Source: Podarcis erhardii
Taxonomy: Eukaryota
Direction: 5' to 3' (one strand)
Assembly: GCA_964252035.1 (NCBI GenBank)
Contig: OZ176212.1
Length of the DNA: 64,000 nucleotides
The notes below the pieces were generated by a model. That model did no database searches. It had not been told where the DNA came from and saw nothing but the letters and a program-made list of their open reading frames with translations. Positions 52,571 through 64,000 of the stretch are shown one piece after another. The position numbers and the translations under genes were made by a program. The first letter of the stretch is position 1. Every line of letters begins with the position of its first letter.

Positions 52571-53046
52571 CCGTATTTTTCGCCCTATAGGACGCACTTT
52601 TCCCCCTCCAAAAATGAAGGGGAAATGTGTGTGCGTCCTATGGGGCGAATGCAGGCTTTCGCTGAAGCCTGGAGAGCGAGGGGGGTCGGTGCGCACCGAC
52701 CCCTCTCGCTCTCCAGGCTTCAGGAAGCTATCCGCAAGCCGTGGCAGACGCAGCTCTCCCACAGCTAGCGGAGAGCTTGCCTGCACCCAGAAGCTTGGGG
52801 TGCGCTGAGCTCAGCACGCCCCAAGCTTCGCGCAGCGCTCCGCCAGCCGTGGGAGAGCCACGCAAAGTCGCATGGCTCTCCCACGGCTAGCGGATAGCAG
52901 CCTGTTCTGGGGGCTGGGGTCAGGGGAAGCTTGGGCTTCCCCTGCCCCAGCCCCTGGGGGGGAAGTATTTTTTTTCTTTATTTCCCCCCCCCAAAAAACT
53001 AGGTGCGTCCTATGGGCCAGTGTGTCCTATGGGGCGAAAAATACGG
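52571..53046. mobile_element. Tc1/mariner (Tc2/pogo-like) MITE, largely palindromic
   Basis: TIRs CCGTATTTTTCGCCC, TA TSD, central palindrome near 52793-52826. Confidence 0.85.
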
Positions 53047-53383
53047 TACTTGTTTTATAGGGACCTTTCATTTCAGGTTAAGAATCTTAGCCAGCATTCG
53101 AGAACAACACACACACACACACACACGAGGCAATGCCTTTTATTTGGGTCATATGTCTACAAATAAAATAGGCAAGCTCTTCAGTTACACAGATCTATTC
53201 TCTTCCAACAAAAACAATGGGCATTATCATTTCTGGAGCACTTGCTGCATGCAACGTTATCTACAGCTCATATTCCACCAATCCTGCAACCCTAAAACGC
53301 AAGCCTCATTAGGGTTTGCCACTTTCAGGGCTGGTCAGGTTTTGCAAGCTTAATTAATGGGCCCTCATCTCTGAGACATCTCT

Positions 53384-53721
53384 GGGACACGGGTGGTGCT
53401 GTGGGTTAAACCACAGAGCCTAGGACTTGCCAATCAGAAGGTGGGCAGTTTCAATCCCCGCGATGGGGTGAGCTCCCGTTGCTCGGTCCCTGCTCCTGCC
53501 CACCTAGCAGTTTGAAAGCACGTCAAAGTGCAAGTAGATAAATAAGTAGCACTCCGGCAGAACCGTGCGCTGCTCTGGTTCGCCAGAAGTGGCTTAGTCA
53601 TGCTGGCCACGTGACCCGGAAGCTGTACGCCGGCTCCCTCAGCCAATAAAGCGAGATGAGCGTCGCAACCCCCGAGTTGGCCATGACTGGACCTAATGGT
53701 CAGGGGTCCCTTTACCTTTTT
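53384..53721 (+). mobile_element. Sauria SINE, full length
   Basis: Closely similar to the 11666 copy. TSD ATCTCTGAGACA at 53367-53378 and 53722-53733. Confidence 0.9.
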
Positions 53722-53813
53722 ATCTCTGAGACAGCCCATGTAAACCTTGTCACTGTCACCCCACTACCCATTTGCTTGGCTTCCATCCCACCTGGACTCT
53801 ACACATCCACGTA

Positions 53814-54028
53814 CAGTGGTACCTCTGGTTGCGAACAGGATCTGTTCCGGAGTCCCGTTCGCAACATGAGCATAATGCAACCCACGTCTGTGCATGCGCG
53901 TGACGTCATTTTGTGCGTCTGCACATGCGGCGAAACCCGGAACTAACCCTTTCCGGTTCTTCTGGGTCGCCGCGGGAGGCAACCTGAAAAAACGTATCAT
54001 GAAGCAAATGCAACATGAGGTATGACTG
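53814..54028. mobile_element. Tc1/mariner-type MITE
   Basis: TIRs CAGTGGTACCTC / GAGGTATGACTG, TA TSD. Confidence 0.75.
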
Positions 54029-54102
54029 TAGAGGGAAAGCTCAAGCCAACTGGAGCATGCTGCTCCTTCTCTACATTCCTGGCACACCTGGAGAAAGCAA
54101 GT

Positions 54103-54240
54103 GAATCATAGAATTGCAAAGCTGGAAGAGCCCCTGAGGATGAACTTGTCCAACTCCTACAATGCAGGAATATGCTGCTATCCCATACAGGGATCGAACC
54201 TGCAACCTTGGTGTTATCAGCACCATGCTCCAACTGAGCT
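54103..54240 (-). mobile_element. Squam3-like SINE
   Basis: Same structure as the 41731 copy. Confidence 0.75.
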
Positions 54241-56002
54241 GATGCTGGGCATAACATGAACATGCAGTGACAGCAAGGAGCAGCAGCAGCAGCCACTGGG
54301 ACATGAAGATACATGAGTTGCCAGTGGCACCTTGCATAGGTGTGTGTCGTGGTGGCAGGTGCCCCATGATCCTGACCCCTAAAATAGGCCCTGCCTATTT
54401 TACTACAGTGGAACCGCAGCTGGGACGGCACTCGCACCCCAGGCTCAAATAACTATGTGCAATTCACGTGCACCTGCTCAGGCACCATTGCCAATAAGAA
54501 CAAACCCTGCAGGTGTTTCTTCTTTGTGGTAAGGCATTTGGGTGAAGGGGTTTTCACCCCCATGGTTACAAATATGCTTGACCCACACGAGCAACCACAG
54601 CACACAAAATGGCGAGCAAATCGCAGGAGGTATTTATAACTAATAATGTTTTTTTAATCTTGTATATTTTAAATTTGGTACTGTATACTTAATTTAAAAA
54701 AAAAAATTGAGTCATTCCGAGACCATTTTTTGTAGTGACAAAAAAAAAAAAAAAAGATATAAAATGTCCACAGCCTTGCTACTTTGGCACAGGTGACCAT
54801 TTTGGAACAAGCATTATTTAGCAAATGTTCAAATGCAGAAGCAGCCTAGAATTCTCATCTAGCAGAGTGCATTTCCAACCCTGCTCCTCCTGTTCAGGGC
54901 TCGGGTTTATGTCTGCCCTGGGACCATTTACACAAGACTCACATGCACCACCACCCACAGAGTATTTCACCAAAGTAATGCTTCCTGCCTTTGCTCTCTG
55001 CACGGTTCCCAGTTCTTTTGCCAATCTGATGAAGCCATAAAATCTGGAATTGGACTGTTGCCAGTCTTCGGTCCATGTTTGCTCTTGCATAGTCCTCTCT
55101 GTTGTGCAGAATGCAGCTATCACAAGCACAGCTGTAGCTCAAATCCCAAGCCTCTCAGATGAACAGGACCAGGGTGGATATTTTCCAAGGCACAGATGGA
55201 AAAGGATGCTTTGCCGTTATGGATGTGGTTGGGTCCCTATGTGCCAATCTTATTTTATTTTTTTGCATCACACAGAGGCCATGAGGAACCAGAAATATTG
55301 GCTAAACCGGTACAATATTATAGGATGCGCAGTTGCAAAGAGAGATCCGGGATACAGGGATGCATCAGTCCAAGCTAGGGATGCTTGAGAAATTCAGTCT
55401 TCTGATACAAATACTGATAGGGCTATGCGTGAATCAACTCTTCCAAGCCCAGTACCATCTATTTCTGCATCCCCAACTCGTATTTTCAAAATGTTGAGCA
55501 TCTGCAGTGGATGAAATGATAGAACGCTTTCCCACTCTGAGGACTAAATCATGCTTTTGGATTTGATGTGAAATAATTAAAAGATTTCAGGCCACATCAG
55601 CTGGCCCCGAATGACTTGAGCTGTTTTGATATACTTGGGATACCGTGAACTAGTCTACAGTTTCTTAATGTAAACCAGTACAGCCTTCAATATTATGTGC
55701 TGTATAAATGTGGAACATGCTAAAAATGTGGTTACCCAAGAGGAATATAAAGCACTAGTGGCTTTTCTTTTTTTAAAAGGTCACGTAAGCAACTTTGACT
55801 TACATCCGCCAGCTTCTGCTGATGCCTTTAATCAGCATTCATACACCATGCCAGATTAAGTCATACAATCATGACCCTATATCAAAGGTATTATTTTGCC
55901 TTTTAAACGTGTAATGCAAAAGGGAAACACTTGAGGAGATATTTTTTCAGGAGCAGGGACTGAATACCCGCAGGTGAAGACGTATCCTTTTACTTCCCTT
56001 AC

Positions 56003-56144
56003 CTTATTGGCTCGGATCTGCTTGTAAATATCCGTTTGCTGCCGGATTCGGTACTCTAGATCCGAGACGTGCGCTTGAAGCCAGTTCCAGCGGCTGACAA
56101 TGGCTGCTCTGTCTGCTGCCCACCGCCATTCTGACCTTCGCCTC
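56003..56144 (-). CDS. KANSL1: KANSL1 exon 3
   Basis: ttttttccag|G AGG CGA... to ...AAT AAG|gtaagg, 142 nt. Translates [47 protein letters not shown]. Confidence 0.98.
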
Positions 56145-56761
56145 CTGGAAAAAAGAGGGAAAGAAGCATTCTGTGTCAAGGAGTGGACGGACACACGTTG
56201 CCCCAGTTTGTGAGTCTCCCATTCTTGCCACTTTGTCTTATTTGTACCTCAGCTTTAGAAAAGGGGGACGGGGACAGGACTCAACCACCACGAATCATTA
56301 TGGTCCCCCCCACACATCTGGAGGGCCCCAGGTTGGCTGCCCTAAATGATGGCTGCATTCCATCTCTGATTCCAATTGGTCAGATCGCCCAGATCCACAG
56401 CAAAATACCCTACAACTCTAAAGCATCTACACCAGACACTTGTCCAAATTGCTTTTACAAATTTATAGATTTCACAGCCTCTCTAGCCTGCTTATTCCAT
56501 GGATGAGCTCTTTTAAAACATTAGGAGCCTACCCTGCTCCCTATACATATTCCTATGTAATGTCAATCTGCTGTTATAGTTTCACCCCCAAACCCCAACA
56601 GAAACATTTGCCCTTGAGCCCATTTCAGCCTTCTCAAACTTCTGCGCCAGGTTTCCTCAACATGATGCCCCCCCCCCAGTTGTTTTGCAATACAACTCCC
56701 ACCATGCCTGGTCATAAGCCATACTAAGTAGGGCTGATTTGGAGTTCAACATGATCTGGAG

Positions 56762-56896
56762 CAGACTTCCTCAAACCTGGCCCTCCAGACTTTTTGGCCT
56801 ACAACTACAATGATCCCTAGCTAGCAGGGCCAGTAGTCAGGGATGATGGGAACTGTAGTCTCAAAACATCTGGAGGGTCAAGTTTGAGGAAGCCTG
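56762..56896. mobile_element. hAT-type MITE nested in an older related MITE
   Basis: TIRs CAGACTTCCTCAAAC / GTTTGAGGAAGCCTG, 8-bp TSD ATCTGGAG. Confidence 0.85.
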
Positions 56897-57691
56897 ATCT
56901 GGAGGGTATTAAGTAGGGGAAGGCTGTTCTACACTTTAAATCACCCCTGTAGCTCTCTCCCATAAATGGAATGGAAATTTCTAGAATGGAAGTACGGGGG
57001 GGGGGGGAGAGAAATGCCTTAAGAGCACCAAATACAGGGGAGACTTTTACTCTTAGGAACTGTGTTAGTTAAAAACAGCATGTGTGAAAGGCATCACAAT
57101 GACAACAGGACAGAGTTGAAACTGGGAAAGGGGCACTTTTCGCAAGCATTTCTGCCCCCTGAAAAAAAAGTGCACATACACTTTTGGCAAACTGGGGTGC
57201 TCCAGAACAGGAAGGAAAAAAATTGACCATAGTATTTCTCCCCGACCCCCATTCAGTGCAGGGCAGTGATTTCTGTATCCAGTGACATAATCACAATGGC
57301 ATACCTGATTGGCTACATAGTGTCTTAACACTGGCTATGCAATCTGTGATTGGCTAGAACCACAGAGCTAGCAAGAAGAAATGTAATTTTAAAAAATCAC
57401 ACTTTTGCTGAAAAGGGCAGCAAACAGACACAAATAAGCACTTAGGGAGTTTTCAGGGAACATTTTGTGGGTGTGTGTGAAAAAGTCCCCATTTTACGCC
57501 AAAAACGTTGGGAGAACATTTGGCGCAGCACTAATTGATTAGTCATGTGAAGCTAGGTCCCTATTTCAAAGCAGAAGGACAGCTTATTGTCCTACACCTA
57601 ATACAGAAGAACAGGGTGGGTGAAGTGGCAAAATACAAAATGGGGTCAAAGTATTTGTCCGAAACCAAGCAGCAGTGACACTACACTAACG

Positions 57692-57942
57692 CGGGGGTCA
57701 GCAACCTTTTTCAGCCATGGGCTGGTCCACAGTCCCTCAGATCATGTGGTGGGTCAGACTATATTTTGAAAAAAAATAATGAATGAATTCCTATGCCCCA
57801 CAAATAACCCAGAGTTGCATTTAATATAATAGGACACATTCTACTCATATAAAAACACGCTGATTCCCAGACTGTCCACGGGCCGGATTGAGAAGGCGAA
57901 TAGGCCACATCCGGCCCCTGGGCCTTCGGTTGCCTACCCCTA
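57692..57942. mobile_element. hAT (Charlie-like) non-autonomous element
   Basis: Ends CGGGGGTCAGCAA / TTGCCTACCCCTA with a degenerate 8-bp TSD (cactaacg/cacgaaag). Confidence 0.65.
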
Positions 57943-60900
57943 CACGAAAGCACCTAAGCCACATACTGGAAAGAGACATTCACTATGTAGAACAAAGTTG
58001 TGAATGTGTACACTACAAGAACAACTCCCAACACCCTTTCCTTCAATGACTCAGCAAAGGTGGATCTTCCCCGCTTAAAACGAGAGGCATACTACCCATG
58101 CCCAATGAAATCAGTCAAAGGCTGCTTGATTTTTGCTTGAGGGCTGCCTAACCAAAGGTTTCCTGAAGGGGATAAATGCCATCCTAACATGAAAACATAT
58201 GGAAATAAATATTATACAACACAAATACTCGCATATACACTTCTGGCCCTTGACTTTACAATACAACATTACCAGCAGCAGAGACATTCATACTCCTACA
58301 TTTATAAACAACTATTTTAGAAGGTGCGTGTGGGTGGGTGGGTGGGTGGGTGTGGGTGTGTGGGTGTGTTTTAAGCACCTCATCAAGTATGGCTGCCATC
58401 TACCTGAAAGAAAGACCTGCATAGTGCGAGTGAGCCTGTTAAGGTTGTCTTCTGCATTTCTCCAAGGTGTTTTCTTTTTACCCCTCCTCTTTTCGTTTCT
58501 CTTATTGTCTTTGTGAGATCTGTCCTGAGAGAAATGCAGGAGACAATCCAACAGGCTCTCTCACACCACACCAGATTTACGCAGTTCCTTAGGTTTCTCA
58601 GAGACGCCTTGCTCTGGGGTACCATCATCACTATGGCAGAGTTTAGCTACATCTTGGAGAAGAGGCCAGTCTTGGTAGTTGGTGAAGTGGCTTTTCCGAA
58701 ACATTTTAAATGGGTGTATTCCATCTGCATCGAGAAAGTTTCCATTTGCACTGGAAAACTTTCTGGTGGCCAAGAGCAGGGGTCACCAACATGGCACCGC
58801 ACCCAGAGGCTTTCTCTGGTGCCAACAGGGAGCACCCCACCTCTCAAAATTAGGCTTAAAAGAAGCATTCTAATATGGGGTATTGACTAGGTTAGAATTT
58901 CTTATCGACTACTATGAAAAATAGTCTCAAGGGAATTTACAGTTGTGGTGTATACATAGCAGCAGCACTTTGTGTGGGTGGGGGTAAAACCCTGCTTTGG
59001 AGAAGGACCTAATTCATAATGTTTACTTTCATTTGTATTTCATAAACGAAGCTAAACACTTTTAAACTGTCCTGCTTGAAATTGGCATCCATTCATTGCT
59101 ACTGGTGAACTTATGAAACGGATGTTTTTCCATGGAAAAATGAAGTACTAGATTTTTTTCTGTGGATGTTTTCCCACCTCACATCAGTGTTTGCCATATT
59201 TGTAGAACTCTTCAGAGAAAGGTCAGGCAGGATAGCAGAGTCATTTATTATTATTATACAAATTGGAGAAATGTGAAATGCAAATTTAGTGTTGTACAGT
59301 TCCATGCCAGCCCACTTTAAATCTTGTTGTGATTTCATCGTTTTATCAATATTTTGTACTGCACTTTGTGTCCTTTATGTTCGCAGATAGCAATCAGACA
59401 GATAAAAGCATCCAAGAAGGCCAGGTGTGGACAAGTGATGTGCAGATATTGCCCATCAAGAAGCAGGATTCTTGGGGGATGGGGACAGGCAGAAGAGATA
59501 AAGTAGCTTTTCAAAACCCCAACTAAAATCAGGTGTTTTTTAATGACAAATTAAGAAGAAGCAGCTCTTACCAGCTTCAACCAACACACATTAAGTCAAA
59601 CAAAGTATTGCTATTTCTGCCAAATAAGTTCCTCCATCATTTCCTCTACACTGTTCTTTCCTCACCTCTAGGAGAGTGTGGTGGCTATTCTAAGTTCATC
59701 CCTTCTCTCTTTCTAAGAATATGGAGTTGCTTTTTTACTAAGCCAAACAACTGGCTTTCCTAGGCTGGTACTGTCAGCAGCAAGTCTTGACCTTAGCATG
59801 TTCAGGTCAAAGATCTGCTATTCACAGTCCTTTAAAACTGCAGGTGACAGGGATCAAATCCAGGGCCTTTGACATACACAGCACACATTCTACCAGTGCC
59901 TCTCCACTGCTGTATGTTCTGCCAAACTAAAAAAAGAAAAGAAAAAGACCATCTTTATTAGAAACAGCATTGGATTCAATTTCTACAATGGCTACAAACA
60001 CAAAACTTTAAAGTTTCAGCTTGCTAACAATGAGCAGCCGCTTAAAGCAGATGTGGCCGGAGTGAAACAGAAGCAAACCACAACTGAGACTCAAGACAAG
60101 AAAGATGCAAATCATAGCAGCCGTGGAGTTCTAAGACTCTGGCAGCTGTCGCAATATCTGGGAATCATTCTTCCACACTGGAATTGCATGAAAAAAGAAA
60201 AACCCTGCATGAGGACTCATAATATTTAATCCCAGCTGGATTTCCCCACAGCACCTGAGCAATTTCCTACAGCCCAGTTAGTATCCAAGGCTGAACCTAA
60301 GTTGTTGGGTTTGTTTGTTTTTTAAAAAATTCCCTCTGCCTGTAGAAAACTAGCGCAAAACAGAGGAGTGGATTAGGCCAGAATACCACCCCCTGCCCAT
60401 GTACAGATTAAAAAACAACAACTTTGCAAGGACTTTTAAAAACAACAACAGACCAAAGAATTTCCAAAATGGTGTCCCCCCCACCTGCATTCTTAATTAG
60501 CACTGGATGGTAACATAGAAACAGAAGGGATAATGCTGACCTGTCTGCCAGTATCGAAGGTGAAACAAACCTGTTCATACAAAAGGCTGATTTTTCAATA
60601 TTTTTCTCTCCTCACTCCATTACTTGAAAGGTATTTATTTGCAAGTTTTTAATCCTCATTCCTTGTTTTAAGCTCTGAAACCCTGATATTTCATAGGTCT
60701 TGAAAGAAAGGGTACCACAGCATGTCAATTGCAATTTAATGGCAAGTGGCACTAAATCTATCGCTAACAACAACAACAACAACAACAACAACAGAGTATC
60801 TGAAATCCTCCTTAGGTACGTAGCAATCCAAACCTTAAGATCTTATTTGGAGGCCCCTTTTTAGGTGAGTTATTTTGGTGAACCACAAACGGACTTTTGG

Positions 60901-61074
60901 GTGGTGGCACCACATTTGTGAAATCCTTCTGTAAAGAGGGTCACCTTGATTATTTAATTTCTATACCACTTGATATATTAAAATAGCTCTTAGCAGTGTA
61001 CAAAAAAGAAACAGCCAATTTAAAACAAAATATTACAAAAAGTTACACATAAAAATGTTACATTAATATGAAGT

Positions 61075-61131
61075 TATCTATCTATCATCTATCATCTATC
61101 TATCTATCATCTATCTATCATCTATCTATCT
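61075..61131. repeat. Imperfect (TATC)n microsatellite
   Basis: Seen directly. Confidence 0.9.
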
Positions 61132-63853
61132 GTATCAATTCACCTTCCCTCTCAGCCTCCAGGTTCTCACCCAGGGTTCAAACAAACTCTCAGCTCACCT
61201 ATAAAACGTTCCTGGAAACTGTGACCACCACCCTGGTCTCTCACTATAGGACTTGCTTTTGAAAGGCAGGCCCAAGGTACTTCCTCAGGCTGCCCACAAC
61301 TGACTCCCGTTCAGCTGCACTCGACATACGCAGCTGATGCAATTCTGATGCCAAACAAATTGCCTTTTTATTTTCTCAGGCGTCTTTATCAGCAATAGCT
61401 TTCATTTATTTTATCACTGTTGTATATTTTTATGTTCTTTTTTTTTTAACTGCATGCATTATATGTTGTGCTAAACTTTTTACTCTAATGAAGATGCCCC
61501 GAGAACCCAGTTATTACAACAATCTATAAATATCAGAAATAAAAAAGCACACAGCCTTAAAACATGGAAGATAAAATTTCACATGAAAAATCAGAGCATT
61601 GTGGGAAGTGTAGTTTTGTACAAAGTACTGGAAGAAACCACATGCCCCAGTTTCCTCCTTCGCTGAGATTTTATTGAGGATTTACTTGGATTTGTTGTTT
61701 GCATGCAGCAGGTACTGAAACAGCATCAAGCTTGGAAATGAATGAAATGTAGGGAAATGGAAGTGCAGAAAAACAGGTGTCTGTCCTCACAAACAGCATC
61801 TCTTCCTCCGGAAAAAGCACCTTTTTTTCCAAAACATTCTACAGTTCAACATTAAAAATTGTAAACCAGAACAAACTGTACAACCGTATTTCTACCAGCT
61901 GGAGACAGTGAGAGCAGGCAGTCTTAGACCTGAAGTTCTAAAAAAATATTAGGTGGGAAATAAACATTGAATTCTATGCTATGCCACAGAAGTAAATCAT
62001 GCACTGGTTACAAGAGAATATCTTGCAAACTTTCCCTATCTTCCTTGGCATTTCAGATATAATGTCTTCTAGATTTGGTTGTTAAAATGCTAAGAAGATA
62101 AATACCTTTCCCTGTTTATTATGTCTGAATCACAAGCATCACACACACACCCCCTTTGGCCTTTGCCAACATTTCTGAATGGAATATTCAACAGTACTTT
62201 CCCACTCACCCATTATTTTTCAATAAAATCTAAGACAGTGTTAAGTCAGGCTCCCTAAACATCCTCCCGACTTCTGCCCTGTTCATCATCTCATGACAGT
62301 TTAAGTCACCCATCAGTCAAGCCCATCACTCAGACTGCTTCCTTTCAACAGGATACACTAGAAGGTGCCGGTAGCTACCACCTTATTTTTAGCATTGGTA
62401 ACTTTGAGGACTTCTTTCAGGGTAAACAGATCAAGCTGAAGAACTAAGCATCTTTACTCACCCTTCTTGGTTTTCCTCCTCAGCAAGCTGAAAGGGATTG
62501 ACCAAATTGCACAACTTGTCTGAAAGAAGACAAAGCCCAGTTCTAAAATGCCAGCGGCCTTCCTTTGTAGCCGGCACAGAAACACAGGATACTTACAAGT
62601 AAACTAAACAAACTGTGGAGGAGGAGGAAAGAGACCAGTCTCTGTTCTTCTAGCCTAGATTATCTACAGAAGCTAAAATATTTTTTATTGTGATTCTATC
62701 CAAAGATGACCAGTATTTTGGAAAATGAACCACCAATATCCTACTTTCTAGCATTAATATATCTTATTATCATGTTGGTTTCTTTGGGTTGAGTGTCTGG
62801 GTAGGAAAGAAGGAGATATTCTAATGCAATACTCACCATCTGTAGAGACAGAATCTGTAATCCTATACACACTAACCTGGCAGCTTGTTCCACTAAACTC
62901 AATGGGACAAGTAAATATGCTTTGGATTAGGTTGAGAGCATAGAAAATGCACTGGAGAGATTCAAAATCATCTTGTAAAAGAATCCAGCAAGTTTCATGT
63001 TATCTGGTTCCCATTTAGATGTTCTCTATGTGTAGTGAAAGACGAGCACACATATACCTCCCCAATTTAATGTTTATTGCACTATCATGTTTCATTTCGT
63101 TTTGTTTACTTACTGTCAAATATAATCATGGAAAATAACACTCACAAACGCATGTGTTTATTTTATGTGTGTACATATCTTACACACATATCCGTAAGCA
63201 AACAAATGTGTAGGTGGGCTTATAAAAGTTTGACTTTGTTTTCATCTGGAGAAATGATTTCTGCTTTAAAAGTTTGGTGCCTGCTCCTGAATATTTCCAT
63301 GGAGCAGAATTCAGGGAATCAAATGTGTGTATGCATATCTATTTACCTGCAAACACGTGTGGCACTGTACACACATGCATGGCAAAGCACCAAAAACATT
63401 CAGAAGATGTGTTATCAAGCCTTCCCTGTTTCTAAACAGAGGGCTCCATTTGCTTTAGCTGTCTCTATGTAGGGTTCAGATTAAGAAAGATGACATCATG
63501 CTCAGGACACAGCCAGATGGCCTGGCAGGATCTGTGTCACTTTAAATGGGGCTCCGTGATCTACATGCGAAGACATGTCATCCCTGCTTGCAATGACTAA
63601 CACTCAATAGTGCATGCTAAGAGGAGGCCACAGAAACACTACCACGACTGCAATGTCAACCACTTGTTAAAGATCTACTATCCAAACCAAATCCTCCAAA
63701 GGGTACACAATCCACTGAGCTGTTTACACGGCAGAAACTGAAGGGAAGCAGACAGTATTCCACTTCTCAGCCCCAAGTTACTTGGAAGGCTCATCCCCAT
63801 TTAGCAACACTTAACACTTCCTCAGGGTCAAGAAGCTGGCCTCACACTTCTTC

Positions 63854-64000
63854 CTGGATAGCTCAGTTGATTAGTGCATGGTGCTGATAATGCCACAGTT
63901 GCAGGTTCAATCCCTGTATAGGGCAGCTGCATATTCCTGCATTGCAGGGGGCTGGATGAGATGATCCTCAGGGTCCCTTCCAACTCTACAATTCTATAAT
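63854..64000 (+). mobile_element. Squam3-like SINE (runs to window edge)
   Basis: CTGGATAGCTCAGTTGATTAGTGCATGGTGCTGATAA...GGTTCAATCCC head then a CCTTCCAACTCTACAATTCTAT tail. Confidence 0.8.

Noticed and set aside
58312-58773. About 150 codons on - interrupted by a single TGA, containing a purine-rich 121-nt pseudo-exon (58404-58524)
   Set aside because: No recognisable protein and no SECIS evidence. The exon would frameshift, and such runs are expected by chance in 64 kb.
63854-63930. tRNA-Ile-like cloverleaf (also 41820-41889 and 54180-54240)
   Set aside because: Acceptor and T stems are degenerate and each is fused to a LINE-like tail. These are SINE heads, not tRNA genes.

Overview
Vertebrate genomic DNA from a squamate reptile, probably a lacertid lizard (inferred from the SINE content). 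It holds two tail-to-tail genes in the human 17q21.31 arrangement. On + are the 3' part of MAPT/tau (exons 9-13, human numbering; four microtubule-binding repeats) and a ~4.8 kb 3'UTR. On - are KANSL1 exons 3-15 and a ~2 kb 3'UTR; exon 2 lies beyond the right edge. Every exon boundary was read by eye and the intron phases are mutually consistent. Introns carry Sauria and Squam3-like SINEs, CR1/L2 fragments, Tc1/mariner and hAT MITEs with TSDs, and a Penelope pseudo-LTR inverted repeat containing hammerhead ribozyme cores. Main leads: (1) a 130-nt tau cassette exon between exons 12 and 13 that would replace the canonical C-terminal tail and stop on a TGA hidden in the first codons of exon 13; (2) a 9-nt SRRM4-type microexon candidate inside the KANSL1 PEHE domain; (3) an 88-bp-arm palindrome carrying a hammerhead motif on each strand. 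No database search was possible, so gene identity and human comparisons rest on recalled sequences and should be verified.
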